Assembly: GCF_030028105.1 (NCBI RefSeq)
Contig: NC_092375.1
Span: 167,027,415-167,091,414, forward strand
Source of the DNA: Mobula birostris
Taxonomy: Eukaryota
DNA length: 64,000 bases
Direction of reading: 5' to 3'
Shown: positions 38,788 to 52,150 of the stretch, piece by piece
Position numbering within the stretch: the stretch's first letter is position 1
Layout of the letters: the number at the start of each line of letters is the position of its first letter
Notes under the pieces: model-generated
Seen by the model: only the letters and a program-made list of their open reading frames with translations
The model's database searches: none
What the model was told of the DNA's origin: nothing
Made by a program: the position numbers and the translations under genes

Positions 38788-39558
38788 GTGAGTGAGTTGC
38801 TGCAGCGGAGGGATTGCTTTGGCCTGATTAATCAGGCTCGGTAGAATGAATGGTAATTGTTATGGAGTACCAGTATGCGGCTAGCGATTTTATCAGTGAC
38901 GCGTTTGCAGGGAGATAGGCCTGAGCGGGGAGATTCTCCTTTTTGGGTAGGGCCTGGTGCTACTACCGACGCTGCAGGAGAATGTGAACGTTGCTTTGCC
39001 TGAGTATTGGTGTAGAGTGCGAGAGTCTCCAGGCCTGTAGATGCTTTCCGTTAGCATTTATTGTCTTTAAGTCTGCGGCTGGCAAAAATGCTTGAGGCCC
39101 GTTTTGTGCTTGCAGATTGATAAAAGCAGATTTCGAAGTACACTGCACCGTTACATTTTTTTGTTAATGCCTTGTTTAATTGTTTTAAATTTCAGATTCA
39201 TGGCAAATAGATTATAAAGATATATGAAGCCTTCAGGCGATTCTAAGGTAGGAGCGGGTTATTTTTGGCGTTTTCGCCCGATTTTAATCCCTCAGTGAAC
39301 AGTACTACAGTAATATCGTTTATTTCACTGAGGCTTATCTGAGCTTGGTGTGTTTTTTTAATTGCTTGTACTGTTGCTATGCTGGAGAACATATCAAAAG
39401 CACTTAATTAGCTTGAATTAATTTCTGCTGCTTTTAAGTTCAAAAAAGGAGCTATATAAATTCTTACTGGTCTTGGGGAAAAAGGGGTAACCTTAAAGTA
39501 CATCTAGTAAATTTTCCTAACAATAATGAAACTTATGTATTTATATTTGACAGCATTT

Positions 39559-39726
39559 TATTAACTGATTAGAACCTTTTTAAAACAAGCTTTCAGAATG
39601 TGACTAAAACTGAAATGATATGTAGACTCTGTGTATGCATTGTATTAACTGATTAGAACCTTTTTAAAACAAGCTTTCAGAATGTGACTAAAACTGAAAT
39701 GATATGTAGACTCTGTGTATGCATTG
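39559..39726. repeat. Exact 84-bp tandem duplication
   Basis: 39559-39642 and 39643-39726 read as identical copies. Confidence 0.9.
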
Positions 39727-39841
39727 TATTGGATTGTTTTCTTGACAGATGAATTTGGTAATTTTACAGGATTCAAGTTATTTGTGCTATCTGATAAATT
39801 GATCAGATTATCCAAATCACAGTCAATTTGAGTAAACTAAC

Positions 39842-39868
39842 ATGGGAGTGATGTTTTCTTGTTGGAAG
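39842..39868 (+). CDS. lnpk: Lunapark (ER junction factor) first coding exon, 27 coding nt, MGVMFSCWK
   Basis: ATG GGA GTG ATG TTT TCT TGT TGG AAG|gtaagt resembles the human LNPK start MGGLFSRWR. It has a perfect donor, upstream acceptors ending at 39748 and 39769, and the expected synteny and orientation next to Evx2. Later exons were not recognised in this window. Confidence 0.75.
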
Positions 39869-41309
39869 GTAAGTGAGCAATTACATTATGGTTCAAATTA
39901 TAAGATCTATGAATTTTAGAACAAACTGGAGAATGTAATTATCTAAATATCTTAATGATTTTTGAAAAGTGAAAATTACGGCATGTTACTGAATGTCAGG
40001 TAAATTGTGTTTAAAATTTCTTGCCTTATTAAAGCCAATATTGTTACAGTTTTAAAGAAAAAGGTTGTATGTAGCATATGTATTTTGATAAATGTACTTT
40101 GAAGTACTGTAGGTATGGCACACAGGAAAAAAAAACTTCTTGCCAATAACCTCTTGGTGATTACTCTTCTTTGTCAAGAGGAACTAATATTCTTCAATTT
40201 GTTTGGAGAAATAAATTAGCTTTCAAGTTAATCCAGTGAATCCTTTGGAAGCTCAATGCAGTTTCAGACCAACCTGTGGAACAACTGACACGTTCCCATT
40301 TCCTGTTAAATCCAGGAAAATATTAGAAGGGGAAATGGGAGACATTAACACTTTTACATGACTTTCATTGATTGGATGAAGATCTTCCATTCTGTCTATG
40401 TGAGGCCCTGTGGTAGGAGTAAGCCAAGTACAAATGCCCCACAAAATTTGAGGTCTTAAGGTTTCTTCACAATGCATGACTAAAACTATCCCTCTGTATT
40501 GGTTGGAGGGTAGACTACAAATTAGGGTTTATATATATTAAAAAAAAGTGTTGATTTCCCAACTATGTTTCTATCTTCCTAATACTCATTCTTGCCACCA
40601 TTATGTGCTATGTCCCTACTTGAATTGACATCTAAAAAACAGATTAAGACTTTGTAACCAGTTGTCTCTGGACAAAGACTTGACTTTCCAAAGCAAACAT
40701 CACTGATCTTAACAGATTTACATCATTTCATACACTGAAAATGTTCTTCTGTTTACAGTGACCTGTCATAAATAATTATTAAGGAAAGCGTTAATCTCAG
40801 AGGCAATTAGCACTTTGATAGTCATCTTCCACAAAGTTGCAAGCATCAGGTTCAGCATGGGTTTCAATGCGCAAATGCTTCCTCTGGATAAGTGTTCTGT
40901 ATTGTGACTGTGACTTGCAGTAGGAAATCAAGATACAGGTTTACAATGTGATTGTAAAACCTGACTGATCTACTTATTGAGGGTCTGGTGAGGCACCAAA
41001 GTACAATGAATATCGCTGGAATATCCTGTGTAGCACATGAGAAGATTGCCACATTAATGGCAGCATTCTCACCGAATCCAACTATAATCCTCATTAACTT
41101 CACCTGGATTGGACATTTGTTTGTGTGCATCAGGTTTTCATTTCCCTAGAAATACTGTCCACTTCCCGTTTGTCCAGTGTCACTGATCCTAATGGTGGTA
41201 AGCAGGAACGGTAAAAAGATACACTAAATGCATCACGTGAAAGTGTGTGTCGGCACCAAGAACTAAAACTAATCAGACAGAGGGACACTTCAGGAAGACT
41301 TCTGTCTTT

Positions 41310-41880
41310 AAATCTGAAAGAGCATTACAGCACAGAAAGGCTCTTTGGCCCATCTAGTCCATGCCAAATTATTATTCAGCCTAGTTCCATCAAACTGCGC
41401 TTGAGTCATGGCCCTCCACATCTCTTCCATCCATGTCCTTGTCCAAACTTCTCTGGAATGTTCAAATTGAACCCACATCCACCACTTCTACTGCAGCTCA
41501 TTCCACACTCTCACCACATTCAGAATTAAGTTCTCCCTCATGTTCGCCTTAAATATTTTACCTTTCGCCATTAATTTGTAGGCTCTAGTTTTAGTCTCGC
41601 CCAACCTCAGTGGAAAAAGCCTCTTTGCATTTACCCTATCTATACCCCTCACAATTGTGTATACCTCTATCAAATCTCCCCTCATTCTGTTACATTCCAG
41701 AGAATAAAATCTTAACCTGTTCAGCCTTTCCTTGTAACTCAGGTGCTCAAGTCCTAGCAACGTTCTTGTAAATTTTTTCTGTACTCTTTTAGTCTTGTTG
41801 ATATCTATCCTGTGGGTAGGTGACCAGAACTACACAATATTCTAAATTAGGCCTCACCAACCTCTTGTACAACCTCAACA
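41310..41880 (-). mobile_element. CR1 LINE 3' fragment
   Basis: ORF 41488-41760, LSYKERLNRLRFYSLECNRMRGDLIEVY...VVRVWNEL, is the CR1 ORF2 C-terminus. Confidence 0.85.
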
Positions 41881-43342
41881 AGAGAGAAGATAGGACAAGA
41901 ACAAACTCCCAGCCGTTGGGGAACTGGCCTGTGAGGAAATGTCAATAGCTCCTCTTTGTCCGTGCATTACTGTAGCACTAGACACCCAAGTCTTCTCTGA
42001 ACCTATGAGTAAATTTGCATTATAGCAAAATCTGAAGAATAGTTTAAAATTGTATTGCTGCCAAGCACTGAGTATTTGAGAATTTGGTTTATAGATTTTC
42101 TTTTTCAAAAAAAATTCACAGGTGTGGCATTGAGTTTTTATGCTAAAGAACTTCATGTCTCCATAATTGCAGATTTGTGTCAGTATCAATTGTAGACATT
42201 ACTAGGACCAATTGGTTCCCAAATATTAAAAATGGGTTGAGCTTCTGTTCCTTTTGGTAGTAATTTTAACTTGAGCTTACTTTAAAGAAAAAAACCAGGA
42301 ACTTTATTTTAGGAAGAAGATTTGACCCACAATTCAGCATTTTAAGAAAAAATAGCTCCTGTGGAGTTAAAATGAGTCAGAAATCTTAAAAAGACTGAGG
42401 TTTTGTCCAAGTGATTGATTGCCTGAAGAAATACTTTTTGATGCCGGATCTAGGGTAAGTTTTGCAAGCTATCTGAGGTCGAGATCAAATTAAACTTGTC
42501 TACTGGAGGGAGGAGCCTCTTAAGTTGTACACATGTAGAAGCTAATCCATTAAAGGTCAGTACTTTCTTGCACAGTTTATTGAAGTTGCGGCAGTGATTG
42601 TGATTTTTTTTGTTCTAAAGAGTAGCTTGGCTGAAGGTTAAATGGCTGAAACTTCATGATGGCTTGTTTGTAGCTTCCAGCAGTCTTTGCAGATCTGGAG
42701 TCTGAACATAATCTGCATATTGGCTTGATGCAATTGGAATATAGTAGATTTGCATTTCTATGATAGCAGCAGTGAAATAGCTGAACATAAATTGAATCGA
42801 ATACATTACATTAAAACAGAATTGCATACATTTGCAAATCATCAATGTCTACACTGGATTTGAAAAGACAGTGATGTTATCAATCCTGCAAAGCCCTCCT
42901 TGTTAAGAATTTAATGACCAGTTTCTAAATTAGAAGACCTGTCCCAGAGACCATTCAAACAAGCTTGGCACAGTTGTACTCACAAAAAAAAAATTATTTT
43001 AGCAAACAATCCATCCCAGTTCCTTGTGCTATACAGGCCTACTAGCAGCAGCATTAGTAATATACAGATAGAAAAAAAACTACCAGTGCAGCCTTCCAAC
43101 ATTCATGAAGCTTCACAACATTGTTGTGAAGTGTCATTGCATTAGGCCCATTGCAGGTGAAGAAACCTGATTACCACCATAAATTTCCTACCCAAAAGTT
43201 CTCTAAAATGGCCTTTGCTGGGAGATTCACTGCATTTCCAGAAAGCAGCTTGCCCACCAAATCCTGGAAAGTCAAGAGCAGTTAGCTTTTATCATATCCC
43301 TCTTTATATTTAAAAAAAACAATAGATTTCATTTCTCTAGTA

Positions 43343-44093
43343 CAACGGTCCCCAACCACCGGGCCGCAGAGCATGTGATACTGGGCCGTGAGGAAATGAT
43401 ACAAGTCAACTGCACCTTTCCTCATGCCCTGTCACACACTGTTGAACTTGAACATAGGGTTACCAACTGTCCTGTATTAGCCGGGACATCCCGTATATTG
43501 GGCTAAATTGGTTTATCCCATACGGGACTGCCGTTGTCCCGTATTTCCCCCGCTAAGGTAGAGCGTTCCTATGAAACCTTTCGTGCTGAAATGGCGTGAA
43601 GCGAAGAAGCAATTACCATTAATTTATATGGGAAAAATTTTTGAGCGTTCCCAGACCCAAAAAATAACCTACCAAATCATACCAAATAACACATAAAACG
43701 GAAAGTAAATAACTCTAACTTATAGTAAAAGCAGGAATGATATGATAAATACACAGCATATATAAAGTAGAAATAATGTATGTATAGCATAGTCAGGAAG
43801 ATGAAGGCAAAACCGATTTGTGGGGAAAAAATCGGCAGGTACGCGCATGCGCACACAGGTGCTTCATGGTCATTGTAGTCTTTCCTGGGGTAAAGTGCCC
43901 CGGGATTTGACTGCTACTTTTGTCCCTTATTTGGGAGTGAGAAAGTTGGCAACTCTAACTGTAAAAGACATGTTGAGGTGAGTTCAACCCTCCTTGAACA
44001 CCGCACCCCCCCCCCCCCCCCCGGTCAGCCAGTCCGCAAGAATATTGTCAATGTTGAACCGGTCCGCGGTGCAAAAAAGGTTGGGGAACCCTG
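43343..44093. mobile_element. hAT (Charlie-like) non-autonomous element containing a second TIR element (43455-43957)
   Basis: TIRs CAACGGTCCCCAACC / GGTTGGGGAACCCTG with an 8-bp TSD CTCTAGTA / CTTTAGTA. Inner TIRs are TAGGGTTACCAACT / AGTTGGCAACTCTA. Confidence 0.8.
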
Positions 44094-44399
44094 CTTTAGT
44101 ATATCTAAAAGAAGTGTTTTTGCTTTAGAGATTTCAAGCTTTGAGTTAAATGATTTGCTACTATCATAGAAATATTGTCAGTTACAAACTAATGCAACAC
44201 AATCATTTGGTATGTGCTGTCTCTTGCAGAGGGCTTTTCAGTTTTTTCACTTTTGTGACATTGTCGTATATACTATATTTGCCCGCCCCTCCCATTTTCA
44301 GCTGCCTTTCTATGATTCTTCCATCACTCATCTGTCTTTACCAGCATTCACCCTTTGCTATTGCACAGGAAGGTATTGCAGGGGATGCAACAACTGCCC

Positions 44400-44700
44400 T
44401 TTTCCTTTTTTTGTTCTTGCTATGAAGGGCTCCAACACTGCTTGTTGGGGAATGAGCAATTTGCATGCACTTCTAGTTTAGCATATTATATTTGTTGTTT
44501 GCAGTGTGGTCTCCTCTCCATTGGAGAAACCGGGTGTAGATTGGTTGACTGATCTGCTGAACGCCTCCACTGTCTATTCACAAAGATGACCCTGTACTTT
44601 TCTCCTAAATCTTCTTACCCTTTCTAAATTCTGGGTTCATACTTGACTTCAGCATGTCTGGCTGAAATTGACCGACACGTTGAAATTAAATATTTTTACT
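44400..44700 (+). mobile_element. Old Penelope GIY-YIG remnant
   Basis: Translation AYYICCLQCGLLSIGETGCRLVD. Confidence 0.55.
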
Positions 44701-45439
44701 TTTTCTCTTTCTGTATCTCTATTTATATTGGTGTCATTATTGTTAGGCATACATTTCTAGTGTTTAAGTTTAACTGCCCAAAAAATTTAACAATATGTTT
44801 TTCCAGTTTTGGTGATTGATATTTTCCCTGGTCTTTGCAACACTGGCCATTTTGAAAGTCTCATTCATATCCTTTCTTACTGTTGATTGATTCCCATTCT
44901 CCCTCTCCAGTCTGCCTTGTTCTTCACTTTGTAAACTTGGTTTAGACAAGGCCCTGCTGATGTTACCCTAACTTGCACTTTCTATTGTTCACCTATTCAC
45001 TTTATCTATTACGTGAAGTAATGTCTTTACTTAAAATCCTCAACACTTCCAAATTCTTTCGTGGCTTTATGCCAAAAGCACTGTGCTTGTACATTTTGCC
45101 ACGACTAACTCTATCTTTGTAAGTTGCTTTGTTGCCATGCAGAAGCTTGTTAAGTAATTGTGGGTTTGAATTGCTTATTGACACAGAATTGGCCAGCATT
45201 GTAGAAGTTAAGCACATTCAGGTTAGCAGACTAGAGCAAGTGTTGTTTTGAGTTCTAGAATATGTCTTTTGACATTGCATGGGATTTAGGTGAGATGGCA
45301 GCCACGTCGTCCTCACTTTATGCTATTTTGCAGTTGGTACTTAAGGAAGGATATATTTTCTGTGGATGCCATGGGAATGTACGTTTTAACCTGGTTATTT
45401 CTTGTAAGGATTTTGCAGTGTAAGTAAAGATAAAAATTA

Positions 45440-45725
45440 TTTTATTTGTCACATATACATTGAAGCGTAGAGTGATAAGCCTCATTTTGTGTCAGCAACC
45501 AACATAGTTCATGGATTTGTGCAAGTGTCACTATGCTTCTGGTGCATGCCCACAGCTCACTCACCCTAACCATGTGTCTTTGGGTTGTGAGAGGAAACTG
45601 GAGCGGCTGGAGGAATCCCACATGATCAAGTGGAGAACAAATACGCTCCTCGCAGACAGCAGCAGGAATCAAACACCGGTCAGTAATAGTTGGTGCTGGA
45701 AAGCAGTTGAGCGAACCACAATGCT
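45440..45725 (-). mobile_element. V-SINE-like remnant
   Basis: GTCTTTGGGTTGTGAGAGGAAACTGGAGC is the reverse complement of the V-domain-like motif seen at 19660-19690. Confidence 0.5.
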
Positions 45726-46584
45726 GAAGCAGATTGAGTCTAAACTCATCAGACTTGGACGTTGTTTTGTTCGGATATAAACTATTCAGAAGGGAGTGAA
45801 GGGTAGATGTTGAAGGACTACTTTTTTCCAGCCGAAATTCAAAAGTTAAGGAGTGGGGGAAGCAATGGAGGATTTGACGGAACAAGTGGGTCACAGATTC
45901 AATATATAGCATCAGTCATTCTTCATGCTTGGTTATAAATCTTCTTTTGAATTTCTGTGTCCAAGAGGGCTGTGGATGTTTTTATTGAGTAAATTCAAAG
46001 CTGAGATGGCAAAAAATCAAGTGATTGTACAGGAAATAGATAACATAGAGGACCAGGTATGATATTGAATAGAGGAGCTTGTGCAAGGGACTGCTTCTGT
46101 AACTTCTGTCACTTCTGTCTGTCTTTAGAGCTTTCTCTAATACCTCTCTCTGAATCAAATTTTGTATGATAAAGTTCTGCTGCTGCACCATAGGGCATTT
46201 TACTTTGTTAGGATGGCATATGAATATGACACGAAAACACAAGTAGAAGGAGGAGTAGATTATCCAGCCCCTCAGGCCTGTTATGCCATTCAACAAAATC
46301 ATGATTGATCTTTGACTCAGTTCTACTTTTCCTATCTTTTTTTAAAATCAATGAATGACTGAATCTCTGGAGCCTGCAGAAGTAGAAAATTTAAAGGTTC
46401 ACTATTTTAAGTGAATTGTTGTCTCCTGTTTGTGGATTTGAATGGTCTGTCCGTAGTTCCAGATTGACTCCAAGCTCTCAACTTATGTTAAAGTTTATTG
46501 TCGTTCAACTGTACATGGGTGTATGGCTAAGTGAAATAATGTTCCCCTGGGACCAAAGTGCAAAACAAATAAATATATCACATA

Positions 46585-47499
46585 CAGTCGGCCCTCCTTA
46601 TCCACGAGTTCTGCATGCGTGAATTCAACCAACCACGAATCGAGAAAAGCCGGAAGTGCTCTTCCAGCNNNNNNNNNNNNNNNNNNNNNNNNNNNNNNNN
46701 NNNNNNNNNNNNNNNNNNNNNNNNNNNNNNNNNNNNNNNNNNNNNNNNNNNNNNNNNNNNNNNNNNNNNNNNNNNNNNNNNNNNNNNNNNNNNNNNNNNN
46801 NNNNNNNNNNNNNNNNNNNNNNNNNNNNNNNNNNNNNGAAAAAAAACTGGAAGTTCTCTTACCAAGTAAGTCGGAACAGGTACATCTGGTATTATTTAGC
46901 GTCAGTTAGTCAAACATTTGTCTTAGTATATAGTATATATTTTACCTTTCTATACATTTAAAACACTTAAGAAACTTATGTTTCAGCGCCAGGCTTGGGA
47001 ATGGAAGTTCCCGAGTTCGATCCAGTGACAGATTGCTCCCGAGCGCGCTCTCCATCCGTGCCAGGTTGACGTGGAGGATCAAAAACCCAAAACCCAATAC
47101 TGTAATTAAACCACTGTGTTGCTTAGTAATAATCGTAGCTTTCATCAGGGCAGGGCCTTTCTCACTTTATCGTTTAAACTTGTTCTGATCGTTGACCGAC
47201 TGTTGCCTAATGCTTTTCCAATGACAGATGGCATTTCACCTTTTTCCAATTACTTTATTATTTCCACTTTATTTTCAATCGTGATTACTTTCGTGAACGG
47301 AAACGCTGTGGATTCAGAGCTCCGCTGCCGGGTCCTAATGTCTGCTGCATTGAGACAGGTTAAATAAGGTCTGGGGTTCCGCTGGATCCTAAGGTCCACC
47401 GCATTGTGACAGGTTGAATAAGGGACTTGAGCATCCGCGCTTTTTGGTATCTGCGAGGGGTCCCGGAACCAATCCCTCATGGATAAGGAGGGCCGACTG
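46585..47499. mobile_element. Tigger/pogo-like non-autonomous DNA transposon (spans an assembly gap)
   Basis: Perfect TIRs CAGTCGGCCCTCCTTATCC / GGATAAGGAGGGCCGACTG, flanked by TA on both sides. Confidence 0.85.
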
Positions 47500-47934
47500 T
47501 ACAGCACATAAAATAATAACACAATATTAACATAATTAAATTCTGTAGATGTACAAGTTGACATAAAATGCATATACAAAATATAGTTAAATATACAACA
47601 GTGTAATGCAACTGGAGCTGTCATAAATGATATGTACTAGGTGGTAGCAGGCTGCATAACAGCCACTTCTGTCAGCCTGGAAGAAGTGGCTACTACCAGC
47701 CTAACAGTTTCCTCAGCAAGGGGAAATGTACTCCTGTACCCCTGTTGAACTGACCGTGTTGAATTTTGTACGCTTCATGGAACTCATAAGTCCTTTTTAA
47801 CGTGAGAGAGTAGAAGCCCAGCCCCTATTTAAAAGGCAACTCTACAATATTGTGGAATTAACCTGGTAAGTCTTACTGCCCTCTCTACTTTATCAAATAT
47901 TTGGAAAAACTCTCAAAAAGCCCAACATTGCTGG

Positions 47935-49340
47935 ATCAGAATTGGGTTTAATGTCACTTGCATATGTCGTGAAATTGGTTGTTTTGTTGCAGCAGTACAT
48001 TGCAATACATAAAACTATAACTTACAATAAGAAAAAGAGAGCAAAAATAAGGGAAAAAAGTGAGATTGTGTACATGGGTTCGTTGCCGTTCAGAAATCTG
48101 ATGGCAGAGGGAAGGGAGCTGTTCCTGAAGCATTGAGTATACCTTCGGCTCTTGTACCACCACCTTGATGGTAGCAATGAGAAGGGGGCCATATCCTGGA
48201 TGATAGTCCTTAATGATGGATGCCGGCTTTTTGAGGCTTCGTCTTTTGAAGGTGTCTTCGATGCTAGGGAGGCTAGTGCCCATGATGAAGCTGGCTGAGT
48301 TTACAACTTCCTGCAGCTCTTTCCGGTCCTGTGTAGTGGACCCTTCATACCAGATGGTGATGTAACACCTGTAGAAATTTGCGAGTCTTTGACGTACCAA
48401 GTCTCTTCAATTTTCTAATGAAATATGGCTGCTGTCTTGCCTTGTTTGAAATTGTTGGTCCCAGGTTAGACCTTCAGAGATGTTGACACCCAGGAACTTG
48501 AAAGAGCTCACCCTTTTCACTCTTGATCCCTTGGTGTGTGTTCTCCCTTGACTTTCCCTTTCTGAAATCCACAATCATTTCCTTGGTCCTAATGCCTCTG
48601 AGTGCAACGTTATGACCCCACTGAATCAGATGATCTATCTCACACCGGCATGTCTCCTTGTCACCATCTGAAATTCTGCCAACAATGGTTGTCATCGGCA
48701 AATTTATAGATGACATTTGAGCTCTGCCTAGCCATGCAGTCATGGATGCAGAGAGAGTAGAATGGGGCTAAGCACACATCCTGGAGATGTGGGTATTGAT
48801 TGTCAATGAGGAGGAGATGTAATTTCTGATCTGCACTGACTGTGGTCTCCGAAAAAGAAAGTCTGTTGCAGAAGGAGGTGCAAAGGCTCAGGCTTTAGAG
48901 TTTGTTGATTAGTACTGAGGGTGTGATTGCGGTGAATGCTGAGTTCTAATTAATAAACAGCAGCATGACATAGATATTGCTATTATCCAGTGACTTAGGC
49001 AAAGTGGAGAGCCAGTGAGATTGTATCTGCTGTATACATATTGTGGTAATAGGCAGATTGCAGCAGGTCCAGGGTCCTTGCAGCAGGCAGGAGTTTATTT
49101 TGGCAACCTCTCAAAGTACTTCATCACAGTAAATGTGAGTGCAGCTGGGCGAAAGTCATTGTGTCAGCTCACCCTGCTCTTCTTCGGCACGGATATGATT
49201 TTTGTCCTTTTGAAACAGGTGAGAACCTCCGACTAGGGTAATGAGAGATTAAATAATGTCCTTGAACACTCCCGCCTGTTGGTTGGCACAGGTTTTCTGT
49301 GCTGTACCAGGTACACCATCAGGACCTGATGCCTTCCTGT
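47935..49340 (-). mobile_element. Decayed Rex1/Babar-type LINE
   Basis: Frames encode TTIVGRISDGDKETCR..TKEMIVDFRK and STTQDRKELQEVVNSASFIMGTSLPSIED. Confidence 0.75.
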
Positions 49341-49619
49341 TGTAAGAAATCCTTAACCTGTACTAAAATCTTGCAATAAAAGCCAATGTACTATTTACTT
49401 TTCTATCTCATTGCACCTTAAATAGCAACCACTGTTGATGGCTAGAAAAAGGCCCTTTTCACTTCAGCCATACCCAGCTATTCAATATTTAAACAGAAAC
49501 GCTGAGTTTCCCCCAGTGTACAACCCTACAATGTGTCTACCTTGCAGTCAGTCGGCCAAGTTGTTGCCTGCTCACTTCACTATTCATTATCCCTTTTGAA
49601 GCTCTTGATCCATGCTGGT

Positions 49620-52150
49620 TCAAAGTAAATTTATTACTAAAGTATATATATGTTGCCATATACTACCTTGATATTCTTTTTCCAGCAGGCATTTACTGGA
49701 AAAATAAAGAAATATTATAGAATCTATGAAAAAATACGTAATGACTGACAAACAACCAATGTGCAAAAGAAGACAAACTAAAATAAAAAATAATGCTAAG
49801 AACGTAAGTTGTAAAGAGTCCTTGAAAGTGAGTCTGTAGGCTTGAGAATTGGCTCAGAGTAGTGTTGAATAAAGTTATCCATGCCAGTTCAAGAGCTCAG
49901 TGGTTCTACGGTAACAACTATTCCTGAACCATGTGATGTGGGATTTAAGACTTCTGCACCTCCTGCCTGATGGTAGTAGTGAGAAGAGAGCATGGCTTGG
50001 ATGGTAGGGACCTTGATAGTTGCTGCTTTCTTGTGGAGGTGGTCCGTAAAAATATATTCTGTACAAACACAAGAAAATATGCAGTTGCTGGATCTCCAAG
50101 TAACACACACAAAATGCTGGAGGAATGCAGCTGACTGTTGCTCCTGGTGTGGCCTTCTGTATATCAGTAAGATCTGCTGTAGATTGGGAGACTGCCATCT
50201 GACAGAAAAAGCGAGATCTCCCAGTGGCCACCCATTTCAACTCTACTTCCCATTCCCATTCCGACATGTCAGTCCATGGCTGCCTCTACTGATGTGATGA
50301 GGTCCCACTTGGGTTGGAGGAGCAATAGCTTATATTCTCCCTGGGTGGCCTCCAACCTGATGGCATGAACATTGATTTCTCAGACCTCTTGTTATTCCCC
50401 CCATTTCCGTTTTTCCCCCCTCACCTTATCTTCTTGCTCATCACCTCCTTCTCTGCTCCTCTGCCTTCCCTTTCTTCCATGATCTTCTTCCCTCTCCTAT
50501 CAGATTCCCCCTTCTCCAGCCCTTAATCTTTCACCAATCAACTTCCCAGCTCTTTACTTCATCTCTCCCCCCTCCTAATTTTACCTATCATTTACCACCA
50601 CTTTCCTTTCCCCACACCTTCTTGTTCTGATTTCTCATTGTTTGCCCCCGTAGTCCTGATAAAGAGTCTTGACTTGAAATATTGGCTGTTAAGTCTTTTC
50701 CATAGATGCTGCCCAGTCAGCTGAGTTCCTCCAGCTTTTGGTATGTGTTGCTTAAATATATTCTGTGATGGACAGGGTGGTATCCATCACTTTCTGTAGC
50801 CTTTTCTGTTCCTGGGCATTGGTGTTTCCATAATAGGCCATGATATAACGGGTTCGAACACACTCCACTGTGCATCTACAAAAGATTATTGATGAATTCT
50901 ATACTTTCTGTGCTCGCTTTGATTGTCAAAACGTGGAGGAAACATCATTGACTCCCACAACCCCGATGACCCTCCAGTCTCTGAAGTGGGCATGAGATCA
51001 TCCTTCAGTAGTGAGAACCCACGGAAACCATCCAGACCAGATAGGGTACCTCCCTGAGTACTAAAGATCTGTGTTGATTAACTGCCTGGAGTGTTCACTG
51101 AGATCTTTAACCTGTTGCTTTGGCAGTCTGAGGTACCCACCTGTTTCAGGAGCAATTATTACCCCATAACCTTCAGGCTTTTGAACTAGAGGGGATAGCT
51201 TCACTTGCCCCATCACTGAACTGCTCCCACAGCCAATGGACTCACTTTCAAGTACTCCATCTCATGTTCTCGATATTTACTGCTTATTTATTTTTTATTA
51301 TTATTTCTTGAATTGAAATGACTATTTCTTGGACCCTTCACATACATGAGGGGTAAAAATCTTTGTTAGTGTCCACCTGAATGTGCAATTTATAGTAATT
51401 TGTAATAAATAGTATGAACAACAGGACAGTCAGTATAGCATAGAAATACAATTGAATCAGTGTGAATTAATCAGTCTGATGGTCTGGTGGAGGAAGCTGT
51501 CCTGGAGCCTGTTGGTCCTGGCTTTAATGCTGCGGTACTGTTTCCCAGATGGTAGCAGCTGGAACAGTTTGTGATTGGGGTGACTTGGGTCCCCAGTGAT
51601 CCTTTGGACCCTTTTTACACCCGTCTCTATAAGCATCCTGAATAGTGGGAGGTTCACATCTACAGATGCGTTAGGCTGTCTGCACCACTCTCTGTAGAGC
51701 CCTGCGATTGAGGGAAGTACAGTTCCCATACCAAGCAGTGATGCAGCCAGTCAAGATGCTCTCAATTGTGTCCCTGTAGAAAGTCCTAAGGATTTGGGGA
51801 CTCATGCCAAACTTCTTTAACCGTCTGAGGTGAAAAAGGCGCTGTTAATGCTTTTTTCACCCCACAGCTGGTATGTACAGACCACATGAGATCCTCTGTA
51901 ATGTTTATGCTGAGGAATTTAAAGCTGTTCACCCTGTCAACTCCAGATCCATTGATGTCAATAGGGGTTAGCCTGTTTCCATTCCTACTGTTTGCACAGT
52001 TTTGCTTTTGCACTCTGGTTGTCTGCCCTGTTGGTGCGGTCTTTCATCAATTCCATTACGGTTATTGGATTTATTGAGTATGCTTGCAAGAAAATGAATC
52101 TCAGTGTTGTATCTGCTGACATGCATGTACTTTGATAATAAATTTCTAAT
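49620..52150. mobile_element. Cluster of Rex1/Babar-type LINE fragments in both orientations
   Basis: Translations VDRVNSFKFLSINITEDLMWSVHT, DPSHPNHKLFQLLPSGKQYRSIKARTNRL and HPSHALFSLLPSGRR. Confidence 0.75.
50063..50753 (+). mobile_element. Penelope 3' fragment with an inverted 5' end, inserted into a LINE
   Basis: GIY-YIG remnant CSWCGLLYISKICCRLGD, a decayed hammerhead at 50651-50688, and a 13-bp TSD AAATATATTCTGT at 50050-50062 and 50754-50766. Confidence 0.8.
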
